Assembly: GCF_006345805.1 (NCBI RefSeq)
Contig: NW_021836716.1
Span: 1-24,284 of the forward strand
DNA: 24,284 nt
DNA from: Octopus sinensis
Taxonomy: Eukaryota
Direction of reading: 5' to 3'
The notes below the pieces were generated by a model. The model did no database searches. It saw only the letters and a program-made list of their open reading frames with translations, and was not told the DNA's origin. This document shows positions 1 through 11,371 of this stretch, piece after piece. Positions within the stretch are counted from its first letter, which is position 1, and the number at the start of each line of letters is the position of its first letter. The translations under genes were made by a program, and so were the position numbers.

Positions 1-607
1 CAGTAGTAGCAGTAGTAGCAGCAGTAGCAGCAGCTGTAGTAGTAGTAGAAGTAGTTGTTTTTGTTGTTGTTGTTGATGTTGTTGTTGCTGTTTTAACAAC
101 AACAACAGCAGTATCATTATCATTATTATTATTAGTAGTAGTAGTAGTAGTTGTTGTAGTAGTAGTAGTAGTAGTAGTAGTAGTTGCTGTTGGAGCAGCA
201 TCAGCAGTATTATTATTATTATTATTAGTAGTAGTAGTAGTAGTAGTAGTAGTAGCAGCAGCAGCAGCAGCAATAGCATCAGCAGCAGCAGTAGTAGTAG
301 TAGTATAGTAGTAGTAGTAGTAGTAGCAGTGGCAGCAGCAGTAGTAGTAGTAGCAGCAGCAGTAAAAGTAGTAGTAGTGGGAGTAGTAGTAGTAGTAGTT
401 GCAGCAGCAGCAGTAATATTAATAGTAGTAGTAGTAGTAATAATAATTTTAGTAGCAGTAATAGCAGCAGCAATAGTTGTTGTAGTAACTACTACTACTA
501 CCACTACGAGTAGTAGAAGTAGCAGTAGTAGCAGCAGCAGTAGTAGTAGTAGTAGTAGTAATAGTAGTAGTAATAGTAGTAGTAATAGCGACGATAATGG
601 CAATTAA
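1..607. repeat. Compound trinucleotide microsatellite (AGT/AGC/GTT/ATT)n
   Basis: Direct inspection; ORFs 279..473 and 329..607 are its translations. Confidence 0.97.
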
Positions 608-620
608 TGATAATAATCCT

Positions 621-727
621 CTCTAATTTTGGTACAAGACAAGCAATTTTTGGTGGAGTGTATTAATCGATTAGATCGACTGACGCCCCTCCCCTAGAAT
701 TTCTGGCCTTGTGCCTAGAGTAGAAAA
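621..727. mobile_element. Two SINE 3' tails joined in inverted orientation
   Basis: 621-680 matches the reverse complement of a SINE tail (cf. 3081-3145). 677-727 matches the plus-strand tail (TCGACTG..CCCCTCCCC..GGCCTTGTGCCTAGAGTAGAAAA; cf. 1525-1577). Confidence 0.7.
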
Positions 728-767
728 CAATATACACAATACATATTTTGATGTGCTTTTAGTAGTT

Positions 768-1260
768 GAGAAATACCTCAAACATATCATCAGGCACAAA
801 CGACATGTAATTAAGTGGAAAATAATTGAAAAATCAAAATCTTATGTTAATGGATCAAATAGACGTAAGCTATGTTTAGCTGAAAGGACACAGATCCTTT
901 TCAGATCTAAGATCCCTAACTCACAAGTGAACTCTAGGTCTGAAATTCCCAGCAGTTGTAAACATATGTCGAAGTACATGTTGAAGAATTGGAAAATTCG
1001 CGTATACCTGATTAACTTGATATCTTTCCAACCTTATAATTTAAAGTCTAAGGGAGTTAACTCTTTTACCTTTTTTACTTTTTAATGTTTTCTCTTTCGT
1101 TTTCCGTTTTTTAATCTTCCACGTTTTCTATATGCTTCCTTTTCAACTTTATACGTTTCTTCTCTCATTCAATTTTTAGTTCTTTGTGATATGTGCTTTG
1201 TGCCTGATGAATATGTTTCAGATATTTCCCAACATATGAAACTATTAGTAGCACATTAGA
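768..1260 (+). mobile_element. Penelope-like element 3' fragment: C-terminus of the GIY-YIG endonuclease region plus 3' UTR with hammerhead
   Basis: ORF 711..1085 contains IKWKIIEKSKSYVNGSNRRKLCLAERTQIL...NSRSEIPSSCKHMSKYMLKNWK. This resembles the PLE C-terminal pattern W.I....Y......C.LCL.E...I......N.R.E....C.H..K..L.N. An HHR follows ~200 nt downstream. Confidence 0.75.
1199..1255 (+). ncRNA. Type I hammerhead ribozyme
   Basis: TGTGC(stem I)-CTGATGA(1204-1210)-ATATGTT/AACATAT (7-bp stem II)-GAAA(1238-1241)-CTATTAG-TA-GCACA(stem I'). The core is fully conserved; predicted cleavage is after GUA at 1250. Confidence 0.88.
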
Positions 1261-1365
1261 ACATGCATTGTGTATATTAAATAATATTTCTCTCTCACCA
1301 GATGGCGTACTTTTTCTATTGATCTTACCTTCACAAAACAATACATTATATGTATGTATGTATAA

Positions 1366-1577
1366 AGCGACGAGCTGGCAGAAACGTTAACGCACCGGGC
1401 GAAATGTTTACCTGTATTTCGTTTGTCTTTACGTTCTGAGTTCAAATTCCGCCGAGGTCGACTTTGCTTTTCATCCTTTCGGGGTTGATAAATTATGTAC
1501 CAGTTGCGAACTGGGGTTGATCTAATCGACTGGCTCCCTCCCCCAAAATTTTGTGCCTTGTGCCTAGAGTATAAAAG
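1366..1577 (+). mobile_element. Full-length tRNA-derived SINE, family A (octopus-type)
   Basis: Head GCGACGAGCTGGCAG, B-box-like GAGTTCAAATTCC, tail GCCTTGTGCCTAGAGTATAAAAG. Homologous to 3081-3296, 6294-6507 and 12897-13007. Confidence 0.85.
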
Positions 1578-1629
1578 TATATGTATGTATGTAATGTATG
1601 TATGTATGTATGTACGTATGTCAAGTATA

Positions 1630-2660
1630 CACGGTATGCAATAAAACAAAGGGAAGTATACAGCAGTAAAAGAAAAGAAGGAAAAGGAAAAAAGAATGAT
1701 AGTGTGGTGCTCCTGATACAGGAAGACCTCTAAGTATCGTCGAGGAACCCCACTGTCTAAGACCTCCCTGAGCACCAAGGGCAAGTGTCCTCTCCACTTC
1801 CCTTTCTCCGACTTACAGATCTACATTTAGAGTGGTACCATCCACTCTTATCATTTTCGAAATTTTCACCCACCATTCAAAAAATTCGCTCGAAGACAAC
1901 ATTCCTCTCCCCGTCCTCACTTTCTGTGTCATCGTACTTTCAGCCTCGTCCACCAGACAGACTCTTTCGCCACAGCCACCAGGCAAAGGAAAACTGCTTT
2001 ACCTGCCTCATTAAAGGAGGGCTGTGGAGCAATCATTACTCCCTACTCAGCCGACAGACTTATCGGTCCTACGCGCGACAGCTGCTGTTAAACATAACTA
2101 CACAGGGCAGCAATGCCCGGATAATGAATGAGAGCAATGAGAATAGTTCCGTCGCTCTGAGAGCACCTCGGACACACCCGTCTTTCAGCACATCTATACC
2201 TGTAGAGTTTCTCTCGAACCGGTACCGCCTTACCCTTCCATGCCAAGGGCATCTGGAAATTATCCATCGTAATCCTTCGGGACAAACTAGCCGATTTGTT
2301 TTCGTTGACGCCCAGAGTCTCCCCGAGGAGTTCGTCGCACTTCACTGCCACCAATCCTCTATATCCCACTGTCCGACTGAAAGAGGGTTATGAGTACCTG
2401 ACGACATCCTAGGGGCCAGGCGCTCAGTCTCGGCCTTTCTTTTCCCCAGAACTGCAGCTCCATCAACGAGACGAAAGACGTGCCACAAAACCTCAGCTCG
2501 TGTCTGCACACCAGAAGCTATGGCATGTTTAAGCAGCCACGCAGATGTATCAGAAGCAGACTGGCCGCCCGCGCGTCTCTCCCACAGGAACATTAATACG
2601 AAATGTTCCAGTCTGATCAAACAGTAACCGGGGCTGGGCGCGGTGGTCAGGAGCTAAATG
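1630..2660 (-). mobile_element. Decayed Tx1/L1-clade LINE 3' portion (post-RT region, Cys/His zinc-binding region, 3' UTR)
   Basis: Minus-strand translations across stops and frameshifts: LAWKGKAVPVREKLYRYRCAERRVCPRCSQSDGTILIALIHYP, then LSRVGPISLSAE*GVMIAPQPSFNEAGKAVFLCLVAVAKESVWWTRLK, ending SSSEFFEWWVKISKMIRVDG..L* near 1815. The CxxC..H motif is typical of L1/Tx1 ORF2 C-termini. Confidence 0.7.
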
Positions 2661-2739
2661 ATGATAGAGGGTTAGGCTCTTCTCTGCTCGTTTCTGAGTA
2701 AGACTGGCCTCTCTGCTCGTCACTTTGTTCTGTTCCATT

Positions 2740-3035
2740 TCTTATCCACATGGAGGTTGGGAGCAAACTAGACCTGGAGCAGGTGGAAAATAAATCAAGC
2801 CATGGCAGAGTTGGCCTGTATCTATGCTGGTTAATATGTCGGCAATATAAAATCAAATCTGTTGACAAGTGGTATGAACACCATCCTGAGTCTGGAACGA
2901 TTCTTTGGGATTTTCCACTGCATTCACACCGAACCATCAAAACTGATAAATTAGATATTATACATTGATCGCCATAAGTATTCCTTCCGGTCATAAAATC
3001 TCGGCAAAAGAATTTGACAAGCTCAGAAAATATAA
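2740..3035 (+). mobile_element. R4/Dong-like non-LTR retrotransposon restriction-like endonuclease fragment
   Basis: HGRVGLYLCWLICRQYKIKSVDKWYEHHPE..TILWDFPLHSHRTIKTDKLDII, then a frameshift to LIAISIPSGHKISAKEFDKLRKYK. This matches the RHD..., WD..I.TD..I.ANRPD and D...P.......KE..K..KY motifs of RLE-type elements. Confidence 0.8.
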
Positions 3036-3080
3036 ACTTGTCGCATATCACACCCTGCTGTCTTCGAATAGAACATATTC

Positions 3081-3296
3081 TTTTTCTACTCTAGGCACCA
3101 AACCCGAAATTTTGGGGAAGGAGGGGACCAGTCGATGAGATCGACCCCATTACGCAACTGGTACTTGATTTATCGATTCCGAAAGAATAAAAGGCAAAGT
3201 CGACCTCGGAGGAATTTGAACTCAGAATGTAAAGACAGACCAAATGCTGCTAAGCATTTCGCCCGGTGTGCTAACGTTTCGGCCAAGTTCGCCGCC
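3081..3296 (-). mobile_element. Full-length tRNA-derived SINE, family A
   Basis: Reverse-complement homolog of 1366-1577. Confidence 0.88.
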
Positions 3297-3345
3297 TTTT
3301 CCAATAGAACACATTGCATTTTGTCTGATTCTTTACACATACAGT

Positions 3346-3950
3346 AAAGACGGGATGGTCATGGTTAAAGCGCTCTCGATCATTGGTCTACTCTCTCAGA
3401 GCTGATCTTGGACTGAATAACAGCAAATGTAATTTTTACGGGATCAGTTAATATGCTAAAAATAACAGCCGAATCTCTATTAAACCACCCCATACCACTT
3501 TAAGAAACAAAGGACATATTATATAGTGTAGAAGCAGAGTCCGAAATATACAAATAAAGATGGGATGGTCAGAGCTGGAGCGCCGTTGATCACCTGCCTG
3601 CTCGAAGGAGCTAATACGTTGTTATTTAATCTGCTAGAAATAACAGCCGAATCTTCGTCAAATTGTACCTTACTGTTATAAGAAACGAAAGACATAGTAG
3701 GGTCCGAGATTTACAAAGAAAGATGGAATGGGCACTGCTGGAACGCTGTTGATCATGGGTTTACTCGTGTCATTTTGTCTGCTAGTAATAACAGTCAAAT
3801 CTCCCTCTAACTGTCGTAACGTCTTCAAATAAGGAAGGCCACATTTCTTAATGTGATCCTACATAATTCTAAAACAAGACTGGATAACCACGGCTGGAAT
3901 TCTTTTGATAAGACCTCTACTGGTTGAGGTTCGGCCTGGGGTTAAACAAC
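3346..3950 (+). repeat. Diverged tandem array (about 4 units of ~155-210 bp) of an interspersed repeat ending in an AAC tail
   Basis: Unit starts resembling AAAGATGGGATGGTCA at ~3346, 3556, 3719 and 3876, with recurring GCTAGAAATAACAGCCGAATCT. The array ends CCTGGGGTTAAACAAC. Confidence 0.75.
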
Positions 3951-4356
3951 AGCAGCAGCAGTAGTAGCAGAGGCAGCAGCAATTATTACAAACTCCCAAC
4001 TCCCTCACCACCACCACCACCATCACCACCACCACCATCACCACCACCGCCGACAGCAAGAGCTGTGACATCAACAGCACAAATGATGAATGAGTCTTAG
4101 GAAGGAATTTGTGTGTGTGCGTACGTGTGTGTGCGTGCGGGCGTATGTGTGTGCGTGTGTTTGTGTGCGAATGTGTTTATGAATGTGTGTGCGATTGTAC
4201 GTATGTGTGTGTATGCGTTTGTGTAGATTGTTGAAATAGCTTCGCCACACTGGAACGGTTCCCTCCAGTTAGCCAAAGAATGGTAAGCGGGGAGGATGTT
4301 GTTTAGTTAACAGTGGTGGTGGGGGTGGGGTGGCTGTGGAGTTATTGTTGTTGTTG

Positions 4357-4387
<31 letters not shown>

Positions 4388-4834
4388 GGTGGTGGTGTGG
4401 TGGTGGTAGTGCTTCTCTAGAGTGAGATAAACGGATGGGTGGCTAAATGGATGGACAAACGAAGCGAGCTTGTGTCAACTGGAGTGAGAGGTGGGAGGTG
4501 AGAGAGGGGGGATTGGGAAGAGGAGAGGAGAGAAAGGGGAGATGGTACATTGGTGATAGATGGGGTTTATTAGGGAGAGGGAATATCTAAGAGAGAAGGT
4601 CTGGAGCAAAGAGAGAGAGAGAGAGAGAGAGCGAAAAGGAACGTGAATGAAAGAGAAGGAAAAAATAAGAGATAGATGAGCAAGTAGATAAATAGTTTTA
4701 TATACATACATACAGAGTGAAAGACAGACAGACGGAGATAGTCAGACAGAAGGAAAGGGTAGATATATACATAGAGAGAGAGAGAGAGAGGAAGCAGACA
4801 GACAGACGGAAAGAAAGGATAATTAGATAGATAG

Positions 4835-4865
<31 letters not shown>

Positions 4866-4882
4866 TGGATAAATAGACAGAC

Positions 4883-4937
<55 letters not shown>

Positions 4938-4953
4938 AAGATAGAAAGTATAT

Positions 4954-5007
<54 letters not shown>

Positions 5008-5553
5008 AGACAGTACGATAGATAGATAGATATATAGATAGATAGATAGATAGATGATACGGATGGATGGGTGATGGATGGATGGATGGATGGGTGGATG
5101 GATGGATGGATGGATGGATGGATGGATCTGGATGTTGATGGTAAAGAGAAAGGAAGAAAGAAAGAAAGGAGGAGAAAGAAGAGAAAGAAAGAAAGAAAGA
5201 AAGATAAAGCAGAAAGAAGAGAAGAAAGAAGGAAGGACAAGGAAGAACAGAAGGTAAAATGACAGCTAAAGCGAAGGAAAAAGTGAAAGTGGGGAAAGAG
5301 ATGGAAATTTGACAAGGCAATTCAAAATATTGGAAGCAGAACAAATGGTTGGAAGATGCAGAGAATGAAAGACAGAGGAAAGAGGAGAGAGGGAGATAAA
5401 GAAGGAGCAGGAAGGGGAGGGGGAGAGAAAGAAAGGAACCAAAGTACGAAATATGAAATGAATGAAGGAACGAAAAATATAAACATTGGAAGAGGGAACG
5501 GTAAGAAAGATGAAGACTTCAGAAACAAATCTCTTAATTTTCTTCTTTTTTTT

Positions 5554-5584
<31 letters not shown>

Positions 5585-5700
5585 AAGAAGAAGAAGAAGA
5601 AGAAGAAGAAGAAGAAGAAGAAAACTACGACGACGACAGCGATGACGATGATGATGATGATGATGATGATGATGAAGAGCAACGACAATAGCAACGACGT
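3950..5700. repeat. Microsatellite mosaic: (CAG/CAC), (GT), (GTT/GGT), (GA), (GATA), (GACA), (GGAT), (GAAA), (GAA)n at ~5555-5622, (GAC/GAT)
   Basis: Direct inspection. Confidence 0.92.
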
Positions 5701-6089
5701 AATAACTGATATACTAAATTTCATTTTTCACAGGAAGGGTAATTTCCAGGTTTGTTATAAAAGCTATAGCTTACAGTTTCCGTAATCATAAAACGTTATC
5801 AGTGAATTAATTAATGCGCTGCTTTGCGCTGTTATGCAAATTGGACACGCCAGTTTCGTGTGCCTTGAGTTTGAATACATAGAAGTAAAACCACGGCCGT
5901 CACTCGCAAACGAGAATAGCACGACGTAATATGTTGACATGGTAACAAGTTCTATGCTTTCGCTAATTGTTTTGGATAGCGCTATATAGTGGTCAGTAGC
6001 CACAGGGACACTCGCGACGCTCTTAGTGTTCACCCGGGTGGACATCGAGGGTGCGATAGCTTGAGGAAGCACCATGTAGATATTTTTTA

Positions 6090-6212
6090 TTATCCTGGAC
6101 TGGGATAATGTGAAATGAAATGTCTAGTTCAAGACTGCAACGTTCGGCCCTCTCCCGGATTCGAATCCACGATCTAATGATTGTGAACTCAGCTCACTGA
6201 ATACTTGGTCCC
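6090..6212 (-). mobile_element. tRNA-derived SINE head, family B (3'-truncated)
   Basis: The minus strand reads ...GATCGTGGATTCGAATCCGGGAG...GTTGCAGTCTTGAACTAGACATTTCATTTCACATTATCCCAGTCCA, a B-box followed by a SINE central-domain-like segment. Confidence 0.6.
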
Positions 6213-6293
6213 ATGTCTTCATAATACGTTAAGAATAGCTATATGTAACTAATCTGTTTATGAACAGAATATGAGTAAATGAAGATCTAAGGA

Positions 6294-6507
6294 AGGTGGT
6301 TATTGCTGGAAGCATCGTTACGGTGCTGGACAAAATGCTTAGCAGCGTTTCTTCCAGTTCTACGCTCTGGGTTCAAATGCCACGACGGTAGGCTTTGCTT
6401 TTCACCTTTCCGGGTCGATAAAATAAGTACCTGATGAGCACAAGGATCGATATAATCGATTTGCCCACTCCCACAGAACTGCTGGCCTTGTGACATAATT
6501 TGAAACC
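6294..6507 (+). mobile_element. Diverged tRNA-derived SINE (family A variant with TTTGAAACC tail)
   Basis: Colinear similarity to 1366-1577 (GGGTTCAAATGCC, GGGTCGATAAAATAAGTACC, GGCCTTGTG). Confidence 0.75.
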
Positions 6508-6552
6508 AACGAGAGCTAAACTCGACCTCATTGGTCTCACACTTTTCCGTCC

Positions 6553-7365
6553 ATGGTGGCGGCGGCGATGGTAGCGATGGCGTCCGCGATGGTGTTGATG
6601 GCAGCCGCGATGGTGGTGGTGACGGCCGCGATGGTGGTGGTGGTAATGTTGATGGTGACATATGCGTTTCTATGTGTGTATGTGTGTGTTAGCTGGTATA
6701 CGATAGTACGAGTGATGGTGGTGTGTGTGCATGTATGTGTGTGTATACTGCTGCTGTGTGTGATGGTATGTGGTAATGGCGGTGGTGGTGGTGGTGATGA
6801 TGGTTGTGTCTGCTGATATGTGGTAAAGCAGTTGTGTGCGTGCTTGTGTATGTGTATGTGCATGTGTGTATATGTGTGTGCATGTATGTGAATGTATGTG
6901 TATGCGTTTGTATGTGTATGCCTGTGCGTATATATGGTGTGTGTGTGTATGTGTGTATGTATGTGTGTATGTGTGTGTATGTATGTGTATGTGTGTGTGT
7001 GTGTTGGTATGTAATGGAATTGGTGGTCTTGTGTTGTCGCTAGTAAACGAAGGTGTTTGTGATGTGTGGTTGCAGCGCCGCTGACGCGCGATGACAGATG
7101 AAAGAGTGCGGGAGGAGAGGGGAGAGGAAAGCAGGTGAATGGTGGTAGGAGCATTGATGACGTCACTGCTTGTGTTGTCGCTTTTTCTGCTGGCGTTGTC
7201 AATGACAACTACTGTCACGCACCGAACAGTTGACGACAAAGACGAAGAAAGAAAGAAAGAAACAAACAAACAAACAAACAAACAAACAAACAAAGAGAGA
7301 AAGAAAGAAAGAAAGAAGGAAAGAAAGGGAGAAAGAAAGAAAGAAAAAGAGAGAGAAAGTAAGAG

Positions 7366-7400
<35 letters not shown>

Positions 7401-7800
7401 GAGAAAGAAACAAACAAACACATGAAGAAAACGGCGGTGATAATGATGAGGAGGAGGAGGAGGAGGAAGGAAGGAAGAAATAGAGAAAGAAGTCGAATAA
7501 AAGGAGGTGGAAGAAAGAAGTGGAGGAGGGGGAGGAAGAAGAAAAAGAAGAAAAAGAAAGAGGAGAAGAAGAAGAAGAAGAAGAAGAAGAAGAGCTGGAG
7601 GAAGATGTAGAGGAAGAAGTGGAGGAGGAAGAGGAGGCGTAGGAGGGGTAGGAGGAGCAAGAAGGAAGACGAGGCGGAAGAAGGTGGGGGTGCGTTGGTG
7701 GTTTTGGTGGTAATGGTGGCGGTGGCGGTGGTGATGGTAGTGGTGGCAACAGTGGTGGTAATGGTGGTGTGGTGGTGGTGATGATGTTGATGAAATGGAA
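6553..7800. repeat. Microsatellite/minisatellite mosaic (GCGATGGTG units, GT/ATGT, CAAA, GAAA, GAG, GAA, GGT)
   Basis: Direct inspection; a short CpG-rich non-repetitive patch lies at ~7070-7245. Confidence 0.88.
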
Positions 7801-7889
7801 AAGATACATCAAGAGTCACATTGTGTGAGTCTAAAAGAACTAATCGAAACTAATTTAGAGTTAATTAGTTTAATTAAATAGACATTGAC

Positions 7890-8115
7890 CTCTTAGCCCT
7901 AGGTCAACCCTGATTGCACTTGAAAGTCATCCTTGCCATGACCACCTCAAATTTTCTCTTGAGATATAGTGTATCGAGGACTATACTACCTAATATGTCT
8001 TACGTTTCTTAAGTTTATATATTTGACTGCTATTTCTAGCCAAAGGAACTCCGACCACATAGCGGCTTAATCTGGCCAGGAATATTAAACCAAATGTACG
8101 CCATTTTATTATTGT
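7890..8115 (-). repeat. Minus-strand copy of the repeat family arrayed at 3346-3950
   Basis: The reverse complement contains GCTAGAAATAGCAGTCAAAT, AAGAAACGTAAGACATATT, GGTGGTCATGGC and TGACCTAGGGCTAA. Confidence 0.65.
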
Positions 8116-8530
8116 TCGTGTTCTCTTGCAGGAATTGATCTCATAACTTTCCTCATAACATCCTTACAATTTCCGCAATATATTACAAGCAAACCAATGA
8201 GAGACACTTTGTTATCACGTGCCCACATACCGCCCTAATCTCCCTCAAACCACACCCTGTATATTCCATAGTTGGCTTCTATGGTTACCTTGCATTCTGT
8301 ATATTGTGGTTAATGCTTTTGTTGTTGTTGATTTGGCCGTTGTCTTGTACTTATTGTTTTATCCCAAGGTGAATCTTGATTGAGCAAATCTCTTATCAAA
8401 GTTATTCATTCCATCTGTGACAAATCCATCGTTTTACTCGCCACAGTGTATCCAGAAGTAGAGTGAATCCAAATGTGCTTTTGAATCAGCGGATAAACTT
8501 CAGAATCATAGAGATAACTTGCCTCGAATA

Positions 8531-8680
8531 AACTACAGCTTACATAGAAGGACACTCCGCATTAGCCCTCGCCATTCCTGCCGACTCTGTCTACCTGAGA
8601 AGCTGTACATATTGAAAGATCACACTGAATTCTTTAACAGGAAAACAGAAAAAGAATAACTTTCACACTGCTGTCAATAA
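8531..8680 (+). mobile_element. Penelope-like element C-terminal fragment
   Basis: Translates NYSLHRRTLRISPRHSCRLCLPEKLYILKDHTEFFNRKTE, the same C.LCL.EK..I....N.R.E motif as 768-995. Confidence 0.6.
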
Positions 8681-8955
8681 TAGTGCTCCAGACTAGTTCA
8701 TTTTCAGCCATCAATTGATTACACAGCCTCATGATATTTACCGGAGCTTTATTGAAATTAGCTTGCCATATCTAATGTATCATTGTATACGACTCCTGCC
8801 TATTGCGTCAGAATCAAGAACTAATCACCAAGTCAGAAAATTACTATTTGTAAATCTCACAACGTGAGATATTCAGCAACAGCACTTTGGAGTAAAGATT
8901 GTTTGCCAACATAACATGGCAGTTCTAGTTTAGGACGAATGTTGCTGTAATTTAG

Positions 8956-9034
8956 CCCCAGAGAGGAAGAATATCCGTTACCCGTGTTATCCCCGCGCAT
9001 TGGTGTGCAGGCACACTATGCTCGTGGAGTACAG
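8956..9034 (+). CDS. Candidate internal exon A (79 nt) of an unidentified gene
   Basis: TTTAG| acceptor and CAG|GTAACA donor; GC/CpG-rich; open in all three frames (e.g. PERKNIRYPCYPRALVCRHTMLVEY or PREEEYPLPVLSPRIGVQAHYARGVQ). No homolog recognised. Confidence 0.35.
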
Positions 9035-9309
9035 GTAACAACAGGATAAACAAATTATTTGTATCAGGAAACAAGTAAAAATAATCAGATTTCTTACGTC
9101 ACCCATTTGTTATGTCATGCTTTGTATTAAAAAATAAGCCATAAATGGGGGCCAATCGATGCGTTTGCTAATCTGAGGTTTCCTCCATTTTCCTAGGGCT
9201 AAATGACAGTAGCATTCTTCCCTTTCATGGGACTGTCGTATTAAGTTGACAACATACCACCACTTTATCGTGTTACTACTGTATAAATCTCTCTGAGGGA
9301 TTTAGAAAT

Positions 9310-9393
9310 GCATTATATATATATATGTATATATATTATGTATATATGTATGTATGAATGTATGTACATGCTAGAATATAAAAGTTATCCTGC

Positions 9394-9446
<53 letters not shown>

Positions 9447-9773
9447 GCTACTAGTACTACTACTGCTACTACTACTATCACGCCATCAACTTTCATTGTG
9501 ATGTTTTTGTTTGCCTCTCTCATATCATTCGGAGTGGATATTGATGCGGTATCGTGAGACAAACAATTTATAAGTAACGGGTAGTAGGCTGGGTGGGATG
9601 GAGTGTTTAAATGTAAATAGTGGTGGTGGAAGGAGATGGTTGGGTGGGTGGTTTGAGGAGGGGTGGGGGAGTTTGGAAAATTTTGTTGCGAATGGGAAGA
9701 TATGGCGCTGTATTGAGAGAGTAAGTTGAGTGACATAGTGAAAGACAGATGCAAATGTGTGTGTATATGCATG

Positions 9774-9839
<66 letters not shown>

Positions 9840-9935
9840 TGTGTGGGGGGGGGATTTGTATGTTTGTGTGTCGTGCACGTGTGTTGTGCGCGTGTACGTA
9901 CATATACATACATATATGTATATATATACATACCC

Positions 9936-10021
<86 letters not shown>

Positions 10022-10184
10022 ATATATATATATATATATGTATGTATATATATATATATACATACACATATATATGTATATGTATGTATATATATATATA
10101 TATATGTATGTATATATGTACGTATGTATGTATGTATGTATGTATGCATATCACAAGGCTTTTCGTGTTTTTGTATGATAATAA

Positions 10185-10218
<34 letters not shown>

Positions 10219-10788
10219 TAATAATAATAATAATAATGATAAATTTATATAGGTAGGTAGATGGATAGATACATAGATCTATATGTATACACGGAGGTGT
10301 GTGTATGTATGTATATGTATGTATGTATGTATGTATGTCTGTATGTCTGTATGTATGTATGTATGTATGTATGTATATATATACATATATATATAGAGAG
10401 AGACAGACAGAGACAAACAGACAGACACACACACATACAGACTGATAAAGAGGGAGAATAAATGAAAGGTAAGAGGGAGAGAGATGGGTAGGTATGTAGT
10501 TATGCAAGTTGATAGATAACTAGATCGATTGATTAATAGATAATGTAGATATGTAGTTATGTAGTTATGTAGGTAATGAGACTAGTAGGCGGGGATATTA
10601 ATAGTGGAGGGGTGGAGAGGAAGAACACACAAATGAAACGACACTAAACTCACATGATATGGCTGTCGTCGGTTTAGATGACAAAAAAACACGATTGTAA
10701 TACTTTGTAGACGTGAGATGAAAAACTCGGTAATTAGATAGACGCGGCTGTTGAATTTGTAACATTAAGGGCGGTTTGGGTGTGTGGT

Positions 10789-10829
<41 letters not shown>

Positions 10830-11114
10830 AGTGTGTGTGAAAGTGTGTGCATGTGTGTAAGTGTGTGTGTAAGTGTGTGTGTGTGTAAGTGTGTGTGTGT
10901 AAGTGTAGGTGAGTGTGTATGTGTGTTGTGTGTGTGTAAGTGTGTGTATGTGTGTATGTGTGTGTGTAAGTGTGTGTCTGTATGTGTGTAAGTGCGTGTG
11001 TGTGTAAGTGAGTGTGTGTGTGTGTGTGTGTGTGTTGTGTGTGTGTAAGTGTGTGTATGTGTGTATGTGTGTGTGTAAGTGTGTGTCTATGTGTGTAAGT
11101 GCGTGTGTGTGTAA

Positions 11115-11154
<40 letters not shown>

Positions 11155-11155
11155 A
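9310..11155. repeat. Microsatellite mosaic: (CTA)n 9394-9478, (TA)/(TG)/(TATG), (TAA)n, long (TG)-rich tract 10770-11155
   Basis: Direct inspection. Confidence 0.93.
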
Positions 11156-11371
11156 TGAGTAAGGAGAACTTTAAAATGTATCAGAAAACAAAACGAAGCG
11201 ATTTCAGTATTTAATATACGTATGGCATCTATCAAATTATTAAAACTAAACATGGATGCTTTGTGAGAACACCGAATACTGCGTTATTGGCCTTGAAAGA
11301 TCATTTCTTACAGATGCTTAGTGCATAAATGCACACGCATAGATTGAAACAGACGAGAATCGTCTGTCATG

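Noticed and set aside
1366-1445. tRNA gene
   Set aside because: Only A/B-box-like remnants with no cloverleaf; these are SINE heads.
2398-2404. CTGACGA hammerhead-like box
   Set aside because: Inside the Tx1-like coding remnant; no stem II closing onto a GAAA.
3346-3950. CRISPR-like or satellite interpretation of the spaced repeats
   Set aside because: Units are long, diverged and colinear across the whole period; eukaryotic context with no cas genes.
6431-6437. CTGATGA box
   Set aside because: A mutated version of the SINE segment CCAGTTG(A/C)G; no stem II or NUH geometry.
7960-8125. Minus-strand IWFNIP peptide resembling the PLE IIWFNPP motif
   Set aside because: The DNA aligns with the non-coding repeat family of 3346-3950, so the peptide match is probably coincidental.
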